NCBI GenBank assembly: GCA_022605425.2
Contig: CM061255.1
Coordinates: forward strand, 620,001-684,000
From: Hamiltosporidium tvaerminnensis FI-OER-3-3
Taxonomy: Eukaryota; Fungi; Microsporidia
Length of the DNA stretch: 64,000 bases
Direction: 5' to 3'
Below the pieces are notes generated by a model. The model was not told the origin of the DNA. It did no database searches and saw only the letters and a list, made by a program, of their open reading frames with translations. Every line of letters starts with the position of its first letter. The stretch's first letter is position 1. Shown here one piece after another: positions 1 through 14,219 of the stretch. Both the position numbers and the translations under genes were made by a program.

Positions 1-865
1 TTAAAAATTTTCTTAGTTTGAAAAAATAGCTTTTTTTATTTTTTTGATAGAAATTATTATCGTTTTTTTCTAAACACACACACATCTTTAAAAATTGGGT
101 TGTTTTTGTCTGTAAACTATTATTTATGATATAATCTATAATTTCTCGCCTTTCATTAATTTTTTTAATGTTTAAAAGGGGAAAATTTACCCACAACTTT
201 AAAAGAGATTTTCCCACGTTGGTTTGAGTGAAATCTATTTTTTCAATAACAGAAAAATCTTTTTTAGTTGAGATATTAATATTCTGATGTCTTTTTTCCT
301 TCAATAAATAGAGTGATTTCATTGTAGATTGCGAAAGAAATAGTGTTTCACGCAAATCAAGCAAATGAATATTATAAACACCGATAGATGTTATTAGTTT
401 ACTCATTCTAAAGTTATTTTGGCGCTCATCTTTGATTGTTTCTGCTGTTTTTACCTTCTTACCGACAAAAAAACGATTTTCGCAACTTACTTTTTTGTTA
501 TCGGCAATAATTTCCTTAATTATTTCTGGGCAATTAAAAAATATGAGTAACGATGATAAACACGAAATGGATAATTTATATTTGTCTTTTTCAATAAATT
601 GTTCTAAATGTTTTTTTACTGACGAATTCTCATACGTTTTTGTTTCTAGCATTTCAAATTCTATCTGGCATTCTTCTAGACACTCATATCGCTCCAAACT
701 TAAATCCAACGAATAAAAACATTTTTGAATGTCAAATGTATGAATAATGTTTTTTAAAATATCACATTCATGTGTATCGTAAATATCTTGTATAATAAAA
801 AGATCTTTCATATCCTGAATGCATACACCAAGAATATTCTTTTTATATAAAATTGAAATGTTCAT
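1..865 (-). CDS. MutS family protein, N-terminal part, probably MSH5/MSH4-like; runs off window start
   Basis: Manual translation from ATG at 865 is open to position 1 (MNISILYKKN...). Contains a MutS domain III-like segment LFLSQSTMKSLYLL...FSVIEKIDFTQTNVGKSLLKLWVNFPLLNIKKINERREII. Not in the ORF track because no stop lies in the window. Confidence 0.75.
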   Translation of the reverse strand, partial: MNISILYKKNILGVCIQDMKDLFIIQDIYDTHECDILKNIIHTFDIQKCFYSLDLSLERYECLEECQIEFEMLETKTYENSSVKKHLEQFIEKDKYKLSISCLSSLLIFFNCPEIIKEIIADNKKVSCENRFFVGKKVKTAETIKDERQNNFRMSKLITSIGVYNIHLLDLRETLFLSQSTMKSLYLLKEKRHQNINISTKKDFSVIEKIDFTQTNVGKSLLKLWVNFPLLNIKKINERREIIDYIINNSLQTKTTQFLKMCVCLEKNDNNFYQKNKKSYFFKLRKFL

Positions 866-2124
866 GCAAGAAAAAAAAATTACTATTAAATTTTTTTTAA
901 GAAAATTAAACAAAAGTATAAAAACTTGATAATTTGACAAATCACAAATATAAGAATACAATCGATTTAATCATTCTTTTTTTGTCGAAAATAACTTTAA
1001 AATTTATAATCAGCTATGATAAATACATATTTTAACCTCATTTTCATCGTTTTATATATTAAACGATATATTTTTAAAGATTTGTATACATGTCAGCAAT
1101 TAACAACAACTAAGGAAAATGTTTATCCTGGTTTTTAGTACTTCTTAATATTCATTATTTTACAAAATGAATTGATAGTACAAAAATGAAATCTCTAATT
1201 AATAACAAAAGAGAAACATTATTAAAATCGAACTCTGAATAAATAATCGGTTGCAATCTTACTGTTAAAAATTAGCACATTGATAGTTACTTACTACCTT
1301 TAAAAATTATAAGCTTTAAAAATATTTTTTTTACAACGTACTATTAAGACGTGCATAGATACATTTCAAATAATTTATAGAATACCATCAATCTCAACTA
1401 TGATCAATTCTAATGAATCAAGAGCGTATTTGTGAAGTAATAAAAATTTTTAAATTAATATAAGTTATTTGAAATCAAGGCTTTTTACAATACATATGGC
1501 GGTTCTGTAAAAGTAAATAAAATTATATAGTGCAGACAACCTGATTATTCTATACATTATGAATAAGGCTTGATAAAATTAGTAATTTTAATAATTTTAC
1601 GAAACTAACATTATTTATTACATAACCTGATTAATATTAATACAAGTATAACTTCTATAGTCATTTTAATAACTCGATAAGTATTTGGAAAAATGTGCCT
1701 AGTTTAATGTTTGTAGTCAAATCAGCAATGCTTAAAGGTATGTTGTTTGTACTACCCTAAACTTCAAAAAGTACACGATTATTTTCATAAAATTTTTTTT
1801 TTTAATTTTGATTAGAAAAAAATTGTTGCAGCTATTTCTTTATAAATGTTCGTTGGTTTTCTAAAGAATAAAATTCGGGAACCGAAGTAAACTGATCTAA
1901 GTGATATGAAGCATCTTTTGGAAGAACGCCTGAATGTATCGTGATTACAAAAGATAAAATACAAATTGCAACAAGTTGCGCATTTTATTCCTATCTATAT
2001 TCAAAATTCCCAAGCAATTAGAATATTTTTATTAAATTTATCATTTTGTAACTTTCCATTAGTTTACCTCTTAAATTGCCCAGGCATTATGAATAATTCC
2101 CAATTATTTTAATTGGCTGTAATT

Positions 2125-5100
2125 TATTATATTAAAATTCTAGGCTAACAAATTTTCTCTTTTTTAAATAATTCTTTCCATCATTTTAACCACTTTTGTC
2201 TCTTCTTCCAAATCCGACTCATCGTTTATATTTATTGTCGGTTCCTTAACTGTGGTTCCTCCTTCTGAAATAAGGGGTGTGTCATTTTTTCCTTTTAAAT
2301 GTTTTGCACCATCTTCCTAGTTGTTTACTTGGTTTAAAGGAGGTGAGGTTGTTTATGCCTCTCAGCTCATAAAATATCACTTAATTCGGCTCTCTCATAG
2401 CTCTCTTCGGCATAAAGTCTTGGCTCAAGTTATCTTCGTCAAACAGAGGAAATTGTTTCGACTGTTTTCTTAAGTACTATAGACTGAATGTATGTCTCTG
2501 CATTTATTAGTATTTTTAGTCTTCTAATATATGTCTTATGGATTTTGTCACAATACAGTCCCAGGTCATCACATAAAGGATTATCTCAACATTACACTTA
2601 TAAATAAGACCTAACTCATTTGCTAATAGGTTATACTTCCTAAGTTTTTCAGTTTCAACTATTTGAAGTGAATCTTGGGAAGTGATTCCTACTTCAATGA
2701 GGGTTATCTTGTTTTTTATCTTATCTTAAATAAATATATCGGGTCTATTAAACCAGATCTTGACATCCGTTTTTATTCTAGTGTCCACTCTTATCTCTGC
2801 ATACTCATTATCAAGAATTTCTTGAACTGAGTGACTCCTTATTCGTTTTGAAGACTTAAACTTATATCTATTTAAGAGAAGTAAGTGTAGGCATCTAACC
2901 ACCTCATTATGCCGTCTGGTGTAGTCAGGACCTAGAATTTTTTCACATCTAGTTGCTAGATGATCTACAGTCTTACCAGACTTCCCGCATTGTTGACACA
3001 TACCATCTGCTCCCCATAATACATTTCTATCCTGGATATAGCAGAACACAGCTTAATTGCGTGGCCTAATATTCCCTTTCTTTAGCCATCTTGAAGAGTT
3101 ACTAATACTTACAAGCTCATTTTTCCTTGCATTATATAACTTTGAATGGAGTTTTCGTTTTTCTATTTCGTTATATAGTTTTGCAAGTTGAGCTTCTTCT
3201 AAACTCTTCTTGGAGACTTCTTCTACCAACCTATACTTTACTTTTAAGAAGCCTTTTATTAGTGCAAGATGGGTTTTATTATTATTCTCCACCCTGAGGA
3301 TTGCTGCTCGTCTAGTTGATATTTCTTTACTTTTTTCCAGACAATCCAAGAGTTGCAGAAGCATATGTTCGCTTCGCAACTCAACACTATGTAGGCCTCT
3401 TCCAAGTTCTGTTCTAGGAAGTTATAAACGCTCTTTACATCCTGGGCGGAGATGTATCTTATTCTTCACCAACACCGCACGCACTGCATCATCTAACTTA
3501 GAGAAGTCAGCCATTCAAGTCGAAATACTCCTATGTGATAATTGATCAACATATCGAGTGTTGATTGATTGCAGAAAATAAATTTTTCGCATTTAATCTA
3601 GTCTGACAAAAACTTTAAACTCTTGATATAAGTTTGCTTTGTACTTCTTCAAATGAGCTACAGTTTGGAGCTTCTCTGCTGTCTTCTATTAGTCCTAAAT
3701 ATTTGTAAACACTAACACCTTCTAGAAGAGTAGCAGTATCTTCACAACACTTATCATTTGTGGCTGACTTCTCTTTGTTAATCTCCAAGCCAATCACCTC
3801 TAAAAATTCCTTTGCCTCGTCTGTCATAGCACTCAATGTCAAACTGTCTTTAGCAAGGAGCTTGAGATATCAAGAAACAAGAGATGATTAGTAGAATGGA
3901 ATTCTACATCTGTTTGTACTGTCACCTTTGTGTATTTTTCAGTAAGCTTTTGGCTTAATGGATCCATACACAACACAAATAACAAAGGTGACAAACCATC
4001 TCTTTGTAGAATCCCTCTCTCAATCTTCTTGCTCATGATTTTTTCAGGCCCTACTGATATATCAATTTTCCATTTTGATATTATAATTTGAATAAATTTC
4101 AGGATCCAATCAGGTAAATTAAGGTTTTCAATGCATTGAGTTAAATAAGCATGATCTATTGAATCATAGGCTTTTTTAACATCAATCCATGTTGCCTTAA
4201 GATTATTTCCATACTCTTTATTTAAGGCAATATTCAGTAGAGCCTGCTCTTTTGCTCCCTGCCCACCTCTTACCGCCCCTAATTGGTTCTCTGCAAGCAA
4301 CCCTCGCCTTTCCACTTCAAGTTGAACGACTTTGTTACACACTTAGTCGTTAACTTGTAGAGGTTGGACATAAAAGTGATTGGCCTGTAGTCAGAGCCTC
4401 TTTTTGAAATTCATTTGGGTATCAAATAAGTAAGCCCCCACAAAAAACAATCAGCTTGAGGTGTTCCTTCTAAACATAAAACCTTCACAATATCATAAAG
4501 ATATTTGTGAAGATTTGTAAGTTTCTTGATGAAAAAATTATAAATACTGTCAATTCTGGGATCTTTAAATTGGGAAGCAAATTAATGATACTTACAAATT
4601 CATCAAGTGAAGGAAACGTGGTTGGATGATTATCTGATAGAAAAGGAATCAAATAGTCATTATACGTGAGTGTGTCATCATTTTTGTTCCACATTGTAGA
4701 CCAAAAACTCACAATTTCATCACGACTGACCACATGCTCGGATTCCACACGCTCAGATAACCACGATAAAATAGACCTCGGAAAAGCTCAAACATACGAT
4801 TCTCTTTTCAGAATTTTTTCCTACTTTCATGCATTGTAATTTTTTTCTGGTAAGCATTCAAAGACTAATTCTTTTTAACTAAAGCTTCAGAAAGATCAGT
4901 TTCACTTTTCAAGTTCAAATTAAATCCTCGCATGATTTTCTTAGGCTTTTCGTCTTCGAAGTGGAAAGCTTTTCCTGCTTACGAGCTTTCTCGAGGAGAT
5001 CTTTGGAAAGTACTAACTTAGACATTTTACTTTCTATGTTTTCCTTCCAAGCGAATCTAGGCATTTCTTTACTTTTTGCCTCTTCATAGCATACCTGCGC

Positions 5101-5905
5101 AGCTTGCTTGATATACGCGGCTTAGCTAATTGTCCCAGGTACATGAGCTCTTGCATATTCACCGACTACTCGATTAATGAGATCCAGAATTTTACTATCA
5201 ACCAATTCATTTGGATTTTTTCTAGTTCGACCACTACTTTTCCAATTTCTTTTCCCGAGATTTCTTTGATTTTACTCAAAAATTTATCTATCAGGTTTAT
5301 GTACTCCGTGGTTTCGGTCAGGGTGCTTGTATCGGCGAGACAAGTGGCGATTCTACGTCGCCCTCCATTCTTGTCTGATATTACCTCCATTCACATCTCA
5401 CTTTGTGCTAATTTTTTTAGCACTTCGAGAGTTACAGCGCAGCCAAATTTCTCATTTTAGAACCTGTGAAGCTCTGTCCAGCAGTTTCTTGGCATTCTTT
5501 CACACATTTTCTGTACTACAAAAAAAAACAATCCGAGGCGATTTCTTTGAGTGGGCTGTTACTTAATCATATATCGTCCGCAATGCAACATGCCTGTTAC
5601 CTTCAGGAATATCTAGAGTACAGATGTTTGTCATGTCGTACGATAGTTCGCACGCAGAACTTCAACTGAAGAAGGAAGTGGGGTATTAGGCGAAGGTAAG
5701 GTGAAAAGCCCATTATTTTGCATGTTTGGCTTGGTGGTAAATGTGTAGTTGTTGTGTAGGAGGAGGAAGGTAGGGAATTCGCCGGTGGGTGTATCTCGCA
5801 TTTTTGTATGTCACTTTCACTTTTATTCACCTCATCGGCGTCGTTTGCAGCCTTTATTTTATTGTTTTTTAATGTTTAGCTGCTAACATTTTTCTTTCTA
5901 CCCAT
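2125..5905 (-). mobile_element. Non-LTR retrotransposon (RLE type, R4/NeSL-like), copy 1, degenerate full-length
   Basis: Fragmented ORFs with RT motifs (QLGA, DVKKAYDSI, GILQ..LSPLLF, YKYLG), CCHC (CQQC..TVDHLATRC), YTRRHNEVV and RPDI. Starts ATGGGTAGAAAG at 5905. 3' stem-loop at 2134-2156. No clear TSD. Confidence 0.93.
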
Positions 5906-7699
5906 GATATTCAATTATACATTTAAGCATTATTATGTCAAAATAAACTAAAATCTGAATTTAACCAATAAAGATAAAAAAATTTCAATTAAAAGATCTA
6001 CTAAATATAAGTATTTAATAAATTATCAATTGGATTTTTTACTATTTATAATTTAAAAATATATGAATTCTTTTTTTCGAAAACACCATGAATAAACGCT
6101 TGTTCTATTTTTAAATCTGACTTAATTGCAGACTTTTTAGCTGATACTTATTTTAGATCTAACAATTAGCATATTTATATACTTATGTTTCTTGGACAAA
6201 CTAAAATCTTACAATTAGAATACAAATATGTCATATCCGTAAATTACTAATCAATACATTACTTACAAATAGGGTGTTAAATGACATTTGAAGCAAAATA
6301 AAGCAGAAAAACATCACAAATGACATAAATTAAAGCTAATTATGTAGTTTCAAATTGTTTCCTATTTTCCGAAAATTTGTAAAAAAAGATCTCGTAAACA
6401 GAACAGAAACTGTATAAATAAATTGATTAGACAATAAGACAGAGGATTTATTTAAAATTATCATCAATTAAATGTATTTGTGTTCTTTTTTTGGATTAAA
6501 TTATTTTTTTCAGATATTTCATTTATCAAAAACTAAAAAAAATAAAAGTAAGAGATCTATAATATTTTTTTTACACAATAAACTTTTCATTATTTAGTTT
6601 GGGATGAAAAAATATCAATCAAGAATATCAAATATAGTCAAATAACAGGCTAAAACATGGTATTATATCTTCTTTATATTTTTTTTTGATAAAGCTCTTT
6701 TGAAAACGGGAATATATTAAGCTAAAAACGCGATTCGTTACAATCACCACAGGATCGCATTTCATTTTAAAAAAATACTTAGTTGTATTCAAGTCTATGA
6801 CTGGATTGAATTAATTTCGTTCCTTTGTACTAGTCCATACTTACAGACACAGCAGAGTTGCTTTATGTTGCCGCAAAATGTTTTAAATGTTTTCAGTTCG
6901 CTAAATATGTCCCCCCAATTCTCGAGTTTAAAAAAATATTTTTAAAGCCCCTTTAAATTTATCGATTGCTGTCGGGATTGCATAGCTCATTTAGCATTGT
7001 TTTCTACAAAGTAATGGATGGTCTGAGTTATGGATGGGGTTGGATTTGCGATACCTACCACTGATTTCTTTCAAGGCAAATAAAACATTACTGTGAAAGA
7101 CAAATTTATTTAAAATCTACGTATATTAATATCTATACGTGACCAATAATATAACTTATCATTAATTAGCAATTCTCATCAATGTTAGATAATTTAATGA
7201 AGATAATCTCATCAAGTAACTTAGTCATATTTGAACCAATTATATAGCTTCATGATGCTCCGTTCAACCGAAACGACAATATATAATTGAATAAAAAAAA
7301 ATTCTATCGTATTAAGATCTATGTCGAATTTATGAAACCTTTGCAATGAAACGCATCAAATGTTTTACACCGCTCAAACCTTCCGAATGATATATAATCA
7401 CAGGCGAAAAATTCTTTACAGCAAAAAAAAATATACAAATACATTTTATTTTTTGAACCTGCAGCTTTGAATTTGACTAATGAATGGAAATACCTAAAAC
7501 AGCAGATTTTTATTTGCGAGATAAATTATTCAAACATAAATAACCGCCACAGGTATATATGTTTTGAAAAAAAAAATTGCACAAAACACAGAAAAGGCTA
7601 TTGATTGTCGAACCCATCATTCCACAATCAAATCAAAAAAAAAATAAGACTGAATTTAAATGTATAAAGCTCCCTTAGTTAAAAACTCGAAGATATTGT

Positions 7700-7866
7700 T
7701 AAACATGTCTAAACAAAAATTAATCAACCTAATATAAAAAGGGGAGGAACAAACAATAAACATAAATGAAGAGTCGGAGTTAAAAGAGGAAAAAATAGTG
7801 GTACAAGAGGTAGAAGGAAATGCATAAAGATGTGAAATTGGTTTTAAAAAAAATTTTTATTAAATA
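7700..7866 (+). mobile_element. 3' terminal fragment of the same LINE family
   Basis: Translates EEQTININEESELKEEKIVVQEVEG, matching the LINE C-terminus (EEPTIDINDKSDVEKENKVVKVMEE), and ends ttttattaaata like other copies. Left boundary approximate. Confidence 0.7.
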
Positions 7867-7903
7867 AACCTCTATAGAATGTATCTTACTTCTTAAATTT
7901 AAA

Positions 7904-8625
7904 GATGGAGGGATGATAATCAATAAAAAAACCATCTGCTTGGTAATGAGTATGTGAAATTGGTGTGGATATTATTGTTTGGACCTTTTGAGAATAAAAC
8001 CACACCCTAATTTCTGTTGTTTCATGGGATTTTTATGAGGAGGAGGAGATCTATAAAATTTTGAAACTTTTTCCACAATTATATTTTGTAGTTTTTTATA
8101 TAGCTAGATCAAAGCCCAAGGCTGAACCTGTATTTAATTTCTATATAAAAGCATGGAAACATGGGATTGATCACTCGGGTTAGAAGACTGCGCGCCTACG
8201 AGATATAATTACAAACCTCTTTACAGCCAGGTGAGCTAAGTTGCGGGTTATACATGTTGGTTTAGCTTGTACTATCTAGGGACACCTCAAGTAAGGCTCT
8301 TAATATATATTGGCTAGAATTTTACGAGAATCAGAAGGTGCAGAGCAAGTGCGAATCCTCTATATTATGATTTGGCTTAAGATGGCTTCAGTCTTCGGTC
8401 AAACTCCATGCAACAGTCATCAAAGAACACTGGGTAATTGCCTCGCTTATATAACGGTTCTAAATACCTTTTAAATGAACTGCTTTGGTATGTAGGTATC
8501 ATAGGGGATACCGATAGAGTATCAGGTAACAGTTATTTATGTTAATTCTAAAACTGTGTACATTTCATCAACGATACAACACTTGCCATCGTTTCTTTTA
8601 AAAAAGATTTGATATTTTTAATAAA
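7904..8625 (+). mobile_element. ~730-nt structured non-coding repeat (SINE-like), diverged copy
   Basis: Colinear with 35999-36729: gatggagggatgataa, ctgcttggtaatgagt, aaaagcatggaaac, cactcgggttagaagact, ctccatgcaac, cagttatttatgttaa, acacttgcca, aataaa. Confidence 0.88.
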
Positions 8626-9313
8626 ATTTCTTTTCTAGAATTTACTAAATTAAAATTATAAATATAATTTTTATATTTTGTATAAATAATACCACAATTG
8701 CAACAAATGTTTGGCATTTCAGACCCAATTTAAAGCGAAATGTTATTTTCACGTACTGCAAAGAAACGACTATTCCATTTATTTGATTTAAGAAATCGCT
8801 TATCAACGTTTAATTGAGATGTATGTGTATAAAAAGGCATATGTGTGTATTTATAAAGTCTGGGATAGAATCGGTTACATATTACACAAAACTGATGATA
8901 GATTGTGACAAATTTAAATAAATTTTTATGTTTAGAATCCTAAAATGTCAATAGAAGTATTGATTTAAAGAATCGATCCAGAATACAAAAGAATAATTAA
9001 GCAGACTTTCGATATAATGGAATTAAAAATGAAAAAGAAATAATTTTGTGAGTTATTTTTATCAAAGAGTCGATAAACCTGTTTTTTTTTCAATATATTT
9101 AGTGGACAAAGCTACTCGTCTATGAAAAATAAATTTTCAAAGTATAATTCTAATAAAAGGTCAAATGTTTTTTTTAATTGATTTTCATTGGGTATTCAAT
9201 GAACTTCTAATTCCAAAAAATATTCTTAAGAAAACTCCTTTTACATGATTGATTCTTAAATTTAACTACAAAATTTAAATAGTTTTTAAAATTTGTAATT
9301 CTTAACCGTTCAA

Positions 9314-9808
9314 ATGACTAATAGAAACTGTAAATACACAGAAAGAGTTCAATTAGAAAGTAGAACACATTTAGGAAAATTAGAAAAAAGAAAAGATGCA
9401 TTATTAAGACTTAAAGAAATCAAGGAATACCAAGAAAATATACAAAAAGTAAAGAATAATATACAAGAAAAGACCGGTAATGAATATTTTCATGATATAA
9501 ATAAATACAAAGTTGAAAATGGTAATTTCATAAAAGTAAGCATAGATTTAAATGTTTTAAAAAAGAATTTACTTCTTATAAACAATGAAATTACCAGAGC
9601 AGAGAAAAAAATCAAGAAATATATTGTAAAGCCAAGCGGCAAGCATATTTATTTCGATAAACAAGTTAGTTCTGATTGTAAATTAACCGAGACTATCGAT
9701 TTCGACAAAAACAGTAATATTTTAAAGAAATACACAAATTATATTCAAAAATTAAGAAATACTAGAAATGAAATTTTACAAAAAATTGAAAATTGTAAAA
9801 ACAAGTAA
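9314..9808 (+). CDS. UTP11: U3 snoRNA-associated protein Utp11
   Basis: YTERVQLESRTHLGKLEKRKD...EKTGNEYF resembles the Utp11 N-terminus (ERxQxxxRxxLGxLEKxKD...NPDEF). Confidence 0.75.
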   Translation: MTNRNCKYTERVQLESRTHLGKLEKRKDALLRLKEIKEYQENIQKVKNNIQEKTGNEYFHDINKYKVENGNFIKVSIDLNVLKKNLLLINNEITRAEKKIKKYIVKPSGKHIYFDKQVSSDCKLTETIDFDKNSNILKKYTNYIQKLRNTRNEILQKIENCKNK

Positions 9809-10176
9809 CTAAAATTAAAAATAAATCAAAGATTTTGATAATTTTTTTATATTTTTGCTTTTAAATTTTTCTGCTAAAATAAATTAAATCAAATTCTATA
9901 GTCTTCCGGCTTGCATTATTCGATTTTTTGAAGATTCAAAATTTCTAAATATTTAAATTATAAATTTCTTAAACAACACGCCTATATAAAAATCAAATTA
10001 AACTTATTCCTCTATTTAAACAAATTAATTGCATCTATTATTTACCATATAATTTCAAAAAAAAAATTTTTATTTGGCACTTTTAAAATTTTAAAATAAA
10101 AATCTTTGTATAACTTAAAAGTTATGAATTTTGTAAAAATTTTCTTAAAATAAAAAAATATTTTTTTTATACCCCT

Positions 10177-10371
10177 ACCTCTCAAGCCAACTGGCTTTGA
10201 TCAAGTGTAGTATCTGTTCTTGTCAGTTTGAAAGCTGGCATTCTCCCCAGAGAAAGCGATTTCAAACAATCATTGGAAAAGCACTGCGTATGATGATATG
10301 TGGTGTTCACATCACTATTACATACTTCTTTGTGCTTTAGGGTGGTGGCATTTTTTATTTGCTGCCACCAC
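10177..10371 (+). ncRNA. U2: U2 spliceosomal snRNA
   Basis: Stem I agcc-aact-ggct followed by the invariant GATCAAGTGTAGTATCTGTTCTT branch-pairing region; stem IIa tgtcag/ctggca; 3' stems aaagcac/gtgcttt and ggtggtggca/tgctgccacc; CCCC immediately upstream. Ends approximate. Confidence 0.93.
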
Positions 10372-11154
10372 TTTTTAAATTAATTTTTTTCTTTATTTTT
10401 CCGTAAATTGGATAAAAATTGTTTATATTTTTTTACTATGAAAGTATTTTTCTATTTCCTATATTTATAATATCATGGCATGAAAATAAAATTTAATTCA
10501 AAATGAAATTACTTTGAGAAATAAAATTTAGTAAAAATGAAAACTAGAAATGAACAGGAGTATTGATTTTCATACATCATATATTAATATTAAGATAAGC
10601 TACCGATTATGTTTTAATTTCAAACTTTTTTTACAAAATATCTCAAATAAACTATTAAATCTTACTTTTGAAAATTTAATTTAAAAACCGTTAAAAAGAA
10701 GTAATTATATGAAATTTATTCGAAGTTTAAAATTTTTCTCAATAAAGGCAATTTAAAATGAAATATTTTTACAGATTATAAATCCCAATCGGTATAATAA
10801 AGGAATATTTTTAAATATAATAAGTTTGCGCATTTTTAGAAAATGTTAAACATAGAGATTAACTAATTTTACTTTCTTTATTTAAAACTAAAATTATTGT
10901 ATTAATATTTTTTAAAAGAACTAAAATGTTTGAAAATATACGAAAATGGATGTTTATAGATAAATCTGAATATTTACTTTGTAATTTCTAGAATCTTTTT
11001 AAATAAAATAAATCTTTTAAATATAATTCAATACCAATTTAGAATTGTATTAATATCTATGGTTTTTGCAGAAAAATGAAAAAAAATTCAGAAGTAAAAT
11101 TTTAACTCCGACACCTCGAATTTCAATGCATTATATTGATTCATCTTTATTATA

Positions 11155-11866
11155 AACGATGATGAAAATAAAGACTTTAAGAACTTTCTACTTGCCTTAT
11201 TGGGGTAAATTGACTGAAAATATTTTTTTAATTTTGGTAGGATTTAAACTAAACCACATTTATGGTTTTACAAGAAAATTTTTACAATAAAAAAATGAAT
11301 TTAGAATAGTAAAAAATTTCACAAGAAAAGTTTGTAGTTTGTTATATAACTAGATTGTAACCCACGGTTGAACTTGTTGGTAATTAATTTCATGCTAAAT
11401 TTGGAAAACTAAGTTTTTCGCTAGAGTAAGAAGACTTAGACTCTGAGAAATACAGAAGAACATATTCTAATAGAGTCATGAAAGTAAATAGCAGGTTATA
11501 CCTGTTACTATAACATATTAATCTCTGGTAGTATCATATAAATCACAATATATATCTTAGCTGCGAGTTTATTGGTTTCGAAGTGTGTGGAGTAGACTAA
11601 AATGCTGCTAGGTTTTTTTATGTCAAATATATTTTTCAACTTTCGATCAAACGCAAGAATATTTAACATTGAGGAAAGCTGGGCATATTCTCTGCCTTTT
11701 AAGTTGCCATTCAAACTTTTTGGATAAAATTATTTCGGATTTAGGTATAAAAAGAACAATGAAAGAATGTTTAAGAGAAATATCTGTCTATAATCAGGAA
11801 GTATGATCCGGTATCGTGAAATATAAATCGACTACTTTTTTTAAAAGGTTTGATTTTGAAATAAGG
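11155..11866 (+). mobile_element. ~730-nt repeat, highly diverged full-length copy
   Basis: Anchors in the expected order: aactttctacttg, tttgtagttt, agaagacttag, tagcaggttatacctgtt, atatatcttagct, aatgctgc, ttcgatca, gggca, aaggtttgat...aaataag. Confidence 0.75.
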
Positions 11867-12000
11867 AAATGCCCTATATCTCTATCACAAATATACAGCC
11901 GCACACGAAACTGAAATACAGTTTGTTTTAAAATAAAAAACCTGTTTCATAACTTATGAAAATGCAAAATATATTTTGATTTCTTCGTTCAATATATAAA

Positions 12001-12180
12001 GTGAAGAGAAGATAGCTCCGTTAAAAACTATTTGATTGTCAACGAGTACGTATATTTGGTGATCAAATCAATTTTGCAATTTTAGTGGGATATAAACCAC
12101 ACTTGTCTATAGATCGACCCTCTATAGTCTCGAGTTGGGCAGATTAAACGAAACACATAGAAAAATTTCATTTGTCATCT
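12001..12180 (+). mobile_element. ~730-nt repeat, degenerate 5' fragment
   Basis: gtgaagagaagatag...aaaaact...gagt...tggtgatca...gtgggatataaaccacact matches the element's first ~110 nt. Right boundary uncertain. Confidence 0.55.
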
Positions 12181-14219
12181 TGGGGACCAAAATATTAAAA
12201 AGTAATGGAATAAAATAGTAATTTGGATATATAGCTCGTTTGACAACATTTTAAAAGTTTAATTTGCAAGTAAATTTAATTTTAAATTTCGATTTTTTTT
12301 ATTTAAAAAGCTAATACGATAAGCTGCTATATCCCAAACATAATAATTAGCAAATGTTTTCAAACTTTAAACCTGGTAAATTTTATAGTCTAACTGCTGG
12401 AAGCTAAAAAAATAAATAAAAATCATCTGCTAATCTCAAAAAATAGATCAATAAAAATATATCAAGTTTTGAAATTTGACATCTACAAGTTATTCTAGTT
12501 TAAAATGTAGATAAACCCCTAATTTTCACCTTTTTTCAACACACTGTAATAAAATATGCTTTTGTGTATAATTTTGAAATTGAGTATTTTTAATACATAC
12601 AATATTTTTGTTTTAAGTTCAACTTCAATTTGTTTTTTTTGTGTAGTTTTTTAAAAATCTTTAAATATGGAATGTAAAATTATCTTAAGCGATTTTAAAT
12701 TTCCTGACGCATGTATAGTATGTTTTTGATGAAAAGTTGGCGCAAATAGTATTTTTTAGAAATATTTAATTTTAAATTGTAAATTTTGATTGATTTGTCA
12801 AAAGCACATAGAAGCATAACTTCCGCAACGTATACCAATGTAAAATAATGTAGTGCGTAAATAATTAAGGCTTAGTATTAAAATAAAAACTCAATCGAAA
12901 TTTCCTATAAATATTTAAAGATAAGAGTATGTAGTGTATTTATAAAAAAAACATATTGAGAGTAAACGTATTTCTTAATGATGATTTTGGAAAATAATAA
13001 TTTATGAAATATAAAAACGCACCTATCCTATTCCAAGATACTTCAAGAATTTTTATTTCCAAATTTTTAGTGCACTTTCACCTTCTTTTTTATAATTATT
13101 ACTTTATTTGTTAAAGTCACAAATTATGATATATCAATCCAACACTATATATTTCCAATAAATATCTTAAGCAAACGATCGATTTATTTTCTTTTGATAT
13201 TTCATACAGCATGTTAACTTTTATTTGAATATAAAAATTTTTAAAAGTATCTCGCTTATTTTAATCTTTGATTTACTTTTTTATTCGTTAAAAACCTCAG
13301 TCCAGTTTATTTAAAAACTGTATGTATATTGACTGCATATGTGGAAGTGTTATATAAGCATTATCAGTTGTATATCATCCTTCATATAATTGCAAAACTT
13401 AATGTTAATAATATTAAAGAATATAACCAAAACATTTTCCAGACTTTTTTATATATTTGCTGTTAATTTGTATCAAAATATTTAGTTAAGTGTTTTTTGC
13501 TAAAATTACCGCAAAAAATGTTTCTAAAAAAATATTTAAAAAGCTATTAAGTGATTGCCTATATAATTTATATATGCGTTATAGTGTATATATACTATAA
13601 TCTAATACCCGATCTCTAAGTTGCTTATATAAAATGCAATAAAGTATTCTGAAAATTTATATTAATATACTTTTTTACAATTTCTTAAAAAAGATTTCAA
13701 TTCTGGAAAAAAGTCAATCTTAAGGAATTACTTGATTCCTTAAATGTCGACTTTTATAAAATTATTATTTAAACATGCCTATCTAAATTTAAAATTATAT
13801 ATCAGAATAAAATCTTATTTTTATCATTATTAAATAACGATCCTAGGTTTCATAAAATGGAATTATTAGCCTGTAACTATTCGATAGCAGAATAAAAAAT
13901 TTCATTTTCGGAATTAATATAATCTTTATATTATTCTTTAGGATAACATATTTCTAAGAAATATAATCCCATCACGTAAGTATTTAATATATTTTTCATC
14001 CTGGAAATCTTTATTTTGTCTATTAAAATTAATGAAATATATAAAAACATTTAAGTATCAATTAAAAATCACCAAAAGTGTATTTTATAATCAATAAACA
14101 AAAAAAAATTCAAAATCTACCAATTATTTTGTTATTAAGATTAAATTCTCGTTTTTGATTGTCTAGTTAAATGCACTAAGATTCTATTTTTTATAATAAA
14201 AAAAATATATTGTTTCAAT

